Made by a program: the position numbers and the translations under genes
In this document: positions 58,011-64,000 of the stretch, in pieces
How the letters are laid out: every line of letters starts with the position of its first letter
How positions within the stretch are numbered: position 1 is the stretch's first letter
From: Candidatus Doudnabacteria bacterium
GTDB taxonomy: Bacteria; Patescibacteriota; Doudnabacteria; UBA920
DNA: 64,000 bases
NCBI GenBank assembly: GCA_031291995.1
Contig: JARLHZ010000039.1
Coordinates: 18,380 to 82,379 of the forward strand
Direction of reading: 5' to 3'
The notes under the pieces: generated by a model
Told to the model about the DNA's origin: nothing
The model's input: the letters and a program-made list of their open reading frames with translations, nothing else
Databases searched by the model: none

Positions 58011-58036
58011 GGAGCTTAAAATTAAATTTTGAATTT

Positions 58037-60730
58037 ATGGGTATTCGCGCTACAAAAAAATCAGGGCAATCGGCAACGGTTTTTGGATTGTCTGCGGCGG
58101 CCATAATAGCCGCGCTGTGGCTAAATTTTATCCCCCAGCCGATACAGGCGGCGGGAGCGGCGCTGGCACCGAGCGGTATTGGTAACTATGATCAATGGCA
58201 GGCAAATACCGGAAATAAAATCAGCGCCGTGGCCTCCAACGACGGCGACAGCTCATTTATAACTTCTTCCAGCACTTCGGCCGCCGAGACTTATAGTTTT
58301 CCGGGAGCCGGTTTGCCGGCCGGCGCCACGGTTAATTCCATAACTTTGACCGCGCAGGTAAAAAATGGCGGTTCGATTTTTGTTTGGCCGGCTGTACAGC
58401 TGCTTTTGGAAAACGGCGCGAATTCCGCCAATGACGGTGCCGCGGGACATATTGTAATTGATAATTCGGCATATACGCCGATTTCCTGGACAATGGCCGA
58501 TAATCCCTTAACGAGCGCGCCGTGGACGCTAAGCGATGTTAATGCCTGGACGGTTAATTTTGGCGTCGGCGTGGCCGCGGCAAGCGCCGGTACGGCCATG
58601 GTAACCCAAATTTCCTTAAGCGTTGATTATAATCCGCCGCCGGCGGCCAATCCGCCCCTGCCGGCCCGGACTTGCGGGTTGGATATCGCCCTGGTCCTGG
58701 ATAACTCCGGCAGTATTAACGGCAGTCTGCCGCAAATGAAGAGCGCGGTTAATAATTTTATTTCATCGTTGCTCCCCGGCACACCCACGGATTTTTCCGT
58801 AACATATTTTAACACCGCCGGACATGTCCAGCAGGTATTCACAAACAGCACCACCAGCCTGGCGAGCGCCATAAATAACATTCCGGCTTCCGGCGGAGAC
58901 ACCAACTGGGAAGACGGACTGCTCAAAGCCGCGGGTACATTTGACCCCCGGCCCGGCAGCCTCCATCCAAATTTGATAATTTTTGCCTCTGACGGCGTAC
59001 CGAATAAATATAACGTTTACGGCTCGGGCGGCAGCGTGACCGGCACGCAGGGCAATGGCAGCAACGGCGGCGACCCGCTGGCGCTGTCCGCGGCCGTCAC
59101 GGAAGCCAACGCCATTAAAACTTCCGGCACCAGAATTGTGACGTTGGGCATAGGCAGCAGCATTAATCAAGCCAATATGGTAGCCATTTCCAGCTCGGAC
59201 GCTTACAACAGCGTTTCCGATTTCAGCCATTTGGCTCCGGTTTTGCAATCTTTGGCCGCCGGCATGTGCGGCGGAACAATCACCATAAATAAAAAAATCG
59301 ACGCCGACGGAAATTTGGCGACGACAAACGACCAGACGAACGGCGGTGCGGGCTTTACTTTTGACATTACTCCGGGCTACGGCGGCCAGATTACCGACGC
59401 AAACGGACAGACTCCGGCCGTGGCCGTAACCGCCGGCAGTTACAGCGTGGCCGAAAGCTCCATCCCGGGCGGTTACGCTCCCTTGGGCGGCAGTTGCAGC
59501 GGCGCGACCAATAACGGTTCCCCGAGCGGCACCGCGGTTAGCGGCCTGCAGATTGGGTTAAACGATATTGTCGCCTGTATCTTTTACAATTCGCCAATCG
59601 GCGGGGGCGGGGGCGGTCCGGGTACCACCACCCCGACGAGTACGGATATCAGTATTTTAAAATCCGTTGATAAGCCCGCGGTTAATGCGGGTAATAAGGT
59701 TAATTTTACTTTAGCGGTTACCAATTACGGGCCGGCCAACGCGACCGGAGTTATGGCTTCCGATACGCTGCCTTCCGGCCTGGTGTTTGTCTCGTCCACC
59801 TCCACTTTAGGCAGTTATAATGCCACTACCAGCCTGTGGAATATTGGCAACCTCGCCGTGGGAGCCTGGGTCACGACTACCATAACCGCCGCGGTTACCG
59901 CCAGTTCCAGCGGACAAAGTTTAACCAATACCGCCGCGGTCAGTTCTGTCACCCCGGATTTTAATCCCGCCAACAATTCCTCCAGCATTTCGGTTTCAGT
60001 CGGCGGCGGCGGGGGAGGGGGGTGCACCTCAAATTGCGGCGGCGGCACATCCACTCTGCAATCGGATTTGTCGATAACCAAAACCGTGGACCATTCCTCG
60101 CCCAATCCCAATGATGCCATAAATTATATTTTGGTCGTTAAAAATTTGGGACCGGACGGCGCCACCGGCGTTGTTGCCACCGACACGTTGCCTTCCACGG
60201 TGACGTTTGTGTCGTCAACCTCCACCTTGGGCAGTTTTGACTCTACCACCAGTTTGTGGACGATTGGCAATTTGGCTAACGGCGCATCGGCCACTACCAC
60301 CATTACTGCTTCTGTTAACAGTTCCGCGGCCGGGCAAAGTATTGCCAACACCGCTTCAGTAACTTCCGCTATCCAAGATCCAAATTTATCCAACAACAGC
60401 TCTTCCGCCGGCGGCACCGTTGCCGGTTCGGGGTCGGGCGGCGGCACCACCAACGGGGGATGCTCGGGCAGCTGCGGCGGCGGCTCCCCATCCGGCGGCG
60501 GGGGAGGCGGGGGAGGCGGCGGGGCGCCTGGAGCCGGGCTGACATTTGGCGGCGGCCAGGTGTTGAGTACTTCCACCGGGCTATCTATGATATTGCCCGC
60601 GACGGCGCCACAGGTTTTGGGAGCCTCGACATTATTGCCGCGCACCGGCGAGCCGGTAACCGAACTTGGCCTGCTGTTTTTACTTAGCATTGCGGGCGGC
60701 CAGATTCTGTTAAAAAGGCGGAAAATTTAA
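58037..60730 (+). CDS. LPXTG-anchored surface protein with vWA domain and two DUF11 repeats
   Basis: N-terminal signal. MIDAS motif DIALVLDNSGSI. DUF11 units (LAVTNYGPANATGVMASDTLPSGLVFVSSTSTLGSY; LVVKNLGPDGATGVVATDTLPSTVTFVSSTSTLGSF). C-terminal LLPRTGEP + TM + KRRKI. Confidence 0.85.
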   Translation: MGIRATKKSGQSATVFGLSAAAIIAALWLNFIPQPIQAAGAALAPSGIGNYDQWQANTGNKISAVASNDGDSSFITSSSTSAAETYSFPGAGLPAGATVNSITLTAQVKNGGSIFVWPAVQLLLENGANSANDGAAGHIVIDNSAYTPISWTMADNPLTSAPWTLSDVNAWTVNFGVGVAAASAGTAMVTQISLSVDYNPPPAANPPLPARTCGLDIALVLDNSGSINGSLPQMKSAVNNFISSLLPGTPTDFSVTYFNTAGHVQQVFTNSTTSLASAINNIPASGGDTNWEDGLLKAAGTFDPRPGSLHPNLIIFASDGVPNKYNVYGSGGSVTGTQGNGSNGGDPLALSAAVTEANAIKTSGTRIVTLGIGSSINQANMVAISSSDAYNSVSDFSHLAPVLQSLAAGMCGGTITINKKIDADGNLATTNDQTNGGAGFTFDITPGYGGQITDANGQTPAVAVTAGSYSVAESSIPGGYAPLGGSCSGATNNGSPSGTAVSGLQIGLNDIVACIFYNSPIGGGGGGPGTTTPTSTDISILKSVDKPAVNAGNKVNFTLAVTNYGPANATGVMASDTLPSGLVFVSSTSTLGSYNATTSLWNIGNLAVGAWVTTTITAAVTASSSGQSLTNTAAVSSVTPDFNPANNSSSISVSVGGGGGGGCTSNCGGGTSTLQSDLSITKTVDHSSPNPNDAINYILVVKNLGPDGATGVVATDTLPSTVTFVSSTSTLGSFDSTTSLWTIGNLANGASATTTITASVNSSAAGQSIANTASVTSAIQDPNLSNNSSSAGGTVAGSGSGGGTTNGGCSGSCGGGSPSGGGGGGGGGGAPGAGLTFGGGQVLSTSTGLSMILPATAPQVLGASTLLPRTGEPVTELGLLFLLSIAGGQILLKRRKI

Positions 60731-60810
60731 AGACGGCCTGAAAAATTTCGCGGTTTCAGGCCGGGCGTTTTCCTTTGCCCTAAACCCGCAAGCCCCACTA
60801 TAATAAAGGC

Positions 60811-61416
60811 ATGGACAGCAAACAGGCCATAAAAATTTTAAAAACCCTGGCTTTGACCGCCATAATTTTCGCGGGGCTGTTGGTAATATTTAACTATAAT
60901 TATTTTTGGCAGAATATCCGTTATGATTTGTACGGGGTAAAGCAGGCGGCATTCCCCGCGGCGCCGGTACCTTCCGCCGCCGGGGCGCATTCTTATATTT
61001 TAGCCGTTCCGTCCCTGGGAATTTCCGCCCCGGTTATTTACGCCACCGCGACCGGGGAAACGGCCTTTCAGGCCGCCCTGAAAAACGGCGTCGCGCACTA
61101 TCCGGGTACGGCCGATCCCGGCCAGACGGGAAATTGTTATATTTTCGGGCACTCTTCCGATTATATCTGGAGCAGCGGGCATTATAAAAACGTTTTTGCG
61201 ATTTTGCCTAAAATAAAAAAAGGGGCGGATATAATTATCAGCGGCCGGCAAAACCAGTATACCTATACCGTAACGGACAGTCGGATGGTTTCTCCGGGCG
61301 ATTTGTCCGTCTTAAGCCAGCAGACCGGCCAAAAGAAAATTTTAACTTTGCAAACCTCCTATCCCATAGGTACCGCCTTGGCCAGGTGGATTGTTGTCGC
61401 CGAAGTGAGCAGATAA
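60811..61416 (+). CDS. sortase-fold protein with catalytic Cys replaced by Ser
   Basis: N-terminal TM. Aligns with SrtA across the His (YIFGHSS vs LAGHTF), the Cys strand (KILTLQTSYP vs KQLTLITCDD) and the Arg (ARWIVVAEV vs EKRKIFVATEV). The codon at the Cys position is TCC. Confidence 0.7.
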   Translation: MDSKQAIKILKTLALTAIIFAGLLVIFNYNYFWQNIRYDLYGVKQAAFPAAPVPSAAGAHSYILAVPSLGISAPVIYATATGETAFQAALKNGVAHYPGTADPGQTGNCYIFGHSSDYIWSSGHYKNVFAILPKIKKGADIIISGRQNQYTYTVTDSRMVSPGDLSVLSQQTGQKKILTLQTSYPIGTALARWIVVAEVSR

Positions 61417-61535
61417 AATTATTGCTTCGCATGTTGATAACAGATTTTTAAATAGCTCTATTTTAATAGGCAAAATCACAAAATATCCTTTAAATATTGG
61501 CCTTTTATATATTTATTCCTGAATTATAAGTTTTT

Positions 61536-61563
61536 TTGACACCAGGCTTATAGATGATATTAT
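61536..61563 (+). promoter_or_regulatory. sigma-70-like promoter (TTGACA-16-TATTAT)
   Basis: Consensus hexamers, followed about 80 nt later by a terminator-like hairpin and then the pilB-like ATG. Confidence 0.5.
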
Positions 61564-61644
61564 GACTATAAGATTCGGGGCGCGGTGCAGACATATATAT
61601 AGATAGAAATACAAACAAATAATATAACTAACGGAAGCTCGGGA

Positions 61645-61675
61645 AGCTCGCTGTACGGCGAGTTTTTTGTTTTTG
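61645..61675 (+). terminator. terminator or attenuator hairpin in the pilB-like leader
   Basis: Stem CTCGC TGTACG GCGAG followed by TTTTTTGTTTTT, 30 nt before ATG 61704. Confidence 0.5.
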
Positions 61676-61703
61676 CCAGCCGCTGTTTGGCCAGATTGTA
61701 TTT

Positions 61704-62927
61704 ATGATGATTCCACTAAAGGATAAAATCGAAACAGAGCTGGCCAAAGCATCCGGCATTTCCATTATCAGCTTAGTGCACGATTTGATTATTTACGCTC
61801 ATAGCATCCGCTCTTCCGATATACATTTGGACCCCGCGGAGAAGTCGTTGAGATCCCGGTTTCGGGTCGACGGCGTCCTGCGCGATACTTTCAGTTTTCC
61901 CAAACATATCCATTCTGAAATTATTTCCCGGATTAAAATTCTGTCCGGACTGCGGACGGACGAACACCAGGCCGCCCAGGATGGTCGGTTCCGTTTGAAT
62001 GTGGAAGGTCAAAGCCCGCTGGACATCCGCGTGTCCATTGCCCCGACCTATTACGGAGAAAACGCGGTGCTAAGGCTGTTGGCCGACCGGGCGGAAAATT
62101 TTACTTTGGAAACCCTGGGTTTTAGTGAACAAAACCGCAGCATCATCGCTAAAGCCGTCAACAGGCCTTACGGGATGATTTTGGTTACCGGCCCCACGGG
62201 CAGCGGCAAGACCACCACGCTCTATACCATTTTAAAAATGCTGAATACGCCGCAGGTTTCGATTGTGACCATAGAAGACCCGGTGGAATACGCGGTGGAA
62301 GGCGTGGAGCAGATTGGCGTGAACCCGCGCACCGGCCTGACTTTTGCCCATGGCTTGCGCAGCATTTTAAGGCAGGATCCCAACATTATTATGGTCGGGG
62401 AAATCCGCGACGCGGAGACCGCCGGAATCGCCATAAATGTGGCGCTGACCGGGCATCTGCTGTTGTCCACCCTGCACACCAACGACCCGGCCACGACTTT
62501 GCCGAGATTGCTTGACATGAAAATAGAAAGTTATTTGGTGGCGTCCACGGTTAACGTGGCTGTCGGCCAGCGGCTGGTCCGAAAAATTTGCCCGAACTGC
62601 AGGCGGCAGGAAAAAATTACCGCCGCCCAATCCAAAAATCTGGCGGAAATTTTTGGTTTGCAGCCACCGCACGACCGCGCCATGCTTTATTCCGGCAAAG
62701 GCTGTGCCGACTGCAATTATTCGGGCTACCGCGGCCGGATTGCCCTGCACGAAATTATTGAAATTTCAGAACCGATTCGCGAAGCGATTTTGCGAAAAGC
62801 CACGGCGCGCGAAATCAACAGTATTGCCATTGCGCAGGGAATGATAACTATGATGGAGGACGGACTGGAAAAGGCACTGGCGGGCATTACGACTATTGAA
62901 GAGGTACTCAGGGTTGGGCATGAATGA
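61704..62927 (+). CDS. type II secretion / type IV pilus assembly ATPase (GspE/PilB family, short form)
   Basis: Walker A GPTGSGKTTTLYT, Asp box IIMVGEIRD, His box TGHLLLSTLHTND, tetracysteine CPNC...CADC. Confidence 0.85.
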   Translation: MMIPLKDKIETELAKASGISIISLVHDLIIYAHSIRSSDIHLDPAEKSLRSRFRVDGVLRDTFSFPKHIHSEIISRIKILSGLRTDEHQAAQDGRFRLNVEGQSPLDIRVSIAPTYYGENAVLRLLADRAENFTLETLGFSEQNRSIIAKAVNRPYGMILVTGPTGSGKTTTLYTILKMLNTPQVSIVTIEDPVEYAVEGVEQIGVNPRTGLTFAHGLRSILRQDPNIIMVGEIRDAETAGIAINVALTGHLLLSTLHTNDPATTLPRLLDMKIESYLVASTVNVAVGQRLVRKICPNCRRQEKITAAQSKNLAEIFGLQPPHDRAMLYSGKGCADCNYSGYRGRIALHEIIEISEPIREAILRKATAREINSIAIAQGMITMMEDGLEKALAGITTIEEVLRVGHE

Positions 62928-63059
62928 AATTAATTGATATTGATAGATATTTGTTGATATTAAGATATTAGTAGATATTGGGATATTAATTGATATTAAG
63001 AGGTTAGTGCCGCAACGAGTAGGTCCAATTTATTTTTTGCGAATATCGATTTTAATTGT

Positions 63060-64000
63060 ATGTCCAAATTTTCAAGTAAGGAACAAATTTTGTTTGCCAA
63101 GCGCCTGGGTTTTTTGATGCGGGCCGGCGTGCCGGTTTTGGAAAGCTTGGAATTGTTAAAAAGCCAGACGAAGTCCAATTCGAGCCGGCTAATTTTTTCC
63201 AGGATAATTTTTGACGTATCGAATGGGCGGGCTTTATCCTCGGCGCTGGCCGCGCGCAATAATATTTTTGGCGATTTTGCCGTTAATATTATCCGGGTGG
63301 GGGAGCAGAACGGAATTTTATGCGATAACCTGAATTATTTGGCCGAAGAGCTTAGAAAGAAACAGCAAATGAAGCGAAAAATTTTAAGCGCCATGTTTTA
63401 TCCGGCGTTCATAATCTGCGCCACTCTGCTGCTGACGGTCGGCCTGACGATATTTGTTTTTCCCAAAGTCCTGCCGATTTTTTCCAGCGTTAATTTAAGT
63501 TTGCCCTTAAGTACCAAGATACTGATTTTTGCCAGCAATTTCTTAATTAACCGCGGTTTATACTTAACGATTTGTTTAATTGCGGCGGCGGCGGCCGTAA
63601 TTTTTTTATTGAAGCGTCCGAAGTTCAAAATGGCCGCCGAACAAATAGCGTTAAAAACTCCATTAGCCGGAAATATTTCGCAAAATTATTATCTTTCCAA
63701 CTTTTGCCGTACTCTGGGACTTTTACTGAAAGGGGATAGCCGTCTGGATGAAGCTATAAAAATTACCGCGGCTACCACCGAGAATCTTGTTTATCGCCGG
63801 GAGCTTGAGGGCGTTGGCCGGTTTGTGGACAAAGGCGGCAAGATTTCCGTTTACCTGCTCGAACGTCCGGGACTATTTCCCGATATGCTCGGCCATATGG
63901 TGGCTGTTGGCGAAACCGCCGGCAACCTCAGCGAAACTTTTTTATATTTGGCGGATTTGTACGAAGCCGAAGTTGATGATTTAACCAAAAATCTTTCGGG
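63060..64000 (+). CDS. GspF/PilC-like inner-membrane platform protein (3'-truncated by window end)
   Basis: Manual translation from ATG 63060: MSKFSSKEQILFAKRLGFLMRAGVPVLESLELLKSQ... with TM segments and a second GspF-like repeat (TLGLLLKGDSRLDEAIKI). No stop before position 64000. Confidence 0.7.
   Translation, partial: MSKFSSKEQILFAKRLGFLMRAGVPVLESLELLKSQTKSNSSRLIFSRIIFDVSNGRALSSALAARNNIFGDFAVNIIRVGEQNGILCDNLNYLAEELRKKQQMKRKILSAMFYPAFIICATLLLTVGLTIFVFPKVLPIFSSVNLSLPLSTKILIFASNFLINRGLYLTICLIAAAAAVIFLLKRPKFKMAAEQIALKTPLAGNISQNYYLSNFCRTLGLLLKGDSRLDEAIKITAATTENLVYRRELEGVGRFVDKGGKISVYLLERPGLFPDMLGHMVAVGETAGNLSETFLYLADLYEAEVDDLTKNLS

Noticed and set aside
49560-60540. Poly-glycine tracts (Gly8 at ~49570, Gly15 at ~56260, several Gly5-9 runs in the LPXTG protein) as slipped-strand phase-variation switches
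   Set aside because: The tracts are encoded by mixed GGT/GGC/GGG/GGA codons rather than homopolymeric or short perfect repeats, so replication slippage is not favoured. They look like flexible linkers.
1-64000. CRISPR arrays, rRNA genes, prophage structural gene clusters
   Set aside because: No regularly spaced direct repeats with unique spacers, no rRNA-like conserved blocks, and no capsid/terminase/portal-like ORFs were seen. The only phage-like element is the isolated tail-fibre chaperone domain at 3791..5089.

Overview
Low-GC (~45%) bacterial chromosomal segment with compact, mostly operonic genes. The gene content is: UvrA/UvrC, RNase J, TrpRS, SecG, a eukaryote-type phosphomannomutase, a GspE/PilB-like ATPase with a PilC-like platform, a sortase next to an LPXTG protein, and many giant Thr/Ser/Pro-rich secreted proteins. 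That content fits a reduced-genome, surface-attached bacterium, possibly of the Candidate Phyla Radiation/Patescibacteria type; this is inference from gene content only. The window has four blocks. (1) 0-7.2 kb is a metal-homeostasis region: a ZnuABC-like operon with a co-transcribed collagen-like, S74-chaperone-domain fibre gene, divergent zur-PAP2, and ArsR plus a Cys-rich lipoprotein. (2) 7.2-17 kb is an accessory, island-like block: a PIF1/RecD-like helicase flanked by ~100-nt structured direct repeats, a DUF4143 AAA ATPase flanked by repeated terminator modules, a candidate tRNA-Trp inside an 800-bp non-coding stretch, a retropepsin-like protease with a small partner, a ~1.6 kb GC-rich foreign-looking segment, PMM, trpS and a RelE/RelB-like pair. 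(3) 17-34 kb is housekeeping: a 3-gene operon built around an uncharacterised 1136-aa protein, rnj, an IS with 13-bp target duplication next to tRNA-Leu(CAG), an orphan family-5 substrate-binding-protein gene with a nested palindromic operator candidate, secG, uvrC carrying in-frame tandem-repeat insertions, small membrane ORFs and uvrA. (4) 34-64 kb is a cell-surface super-locus: five paralogous secreted proteins sharing an N-terminal SipW-cognate-like signal (motif SAFEAHVVNVTA) plus a conserved Cys-containing domain, a SipW-type signal peptidase I embedded among them, dispersed palindromic repeats and AT-rich palindromic modules between the paralogs, a 1402-aa MBG/YDG-repeat adhesin, a PEP-CTERM protein, giant DUF11/peptidoglycan-binding and vWA/DUF11 LPXTG proteins, a sortase homologue whose catalytic Cys is replaced by Ser, and T4P-like ATPase/platform genes. 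No CRISPR array and no rRNA were seen.
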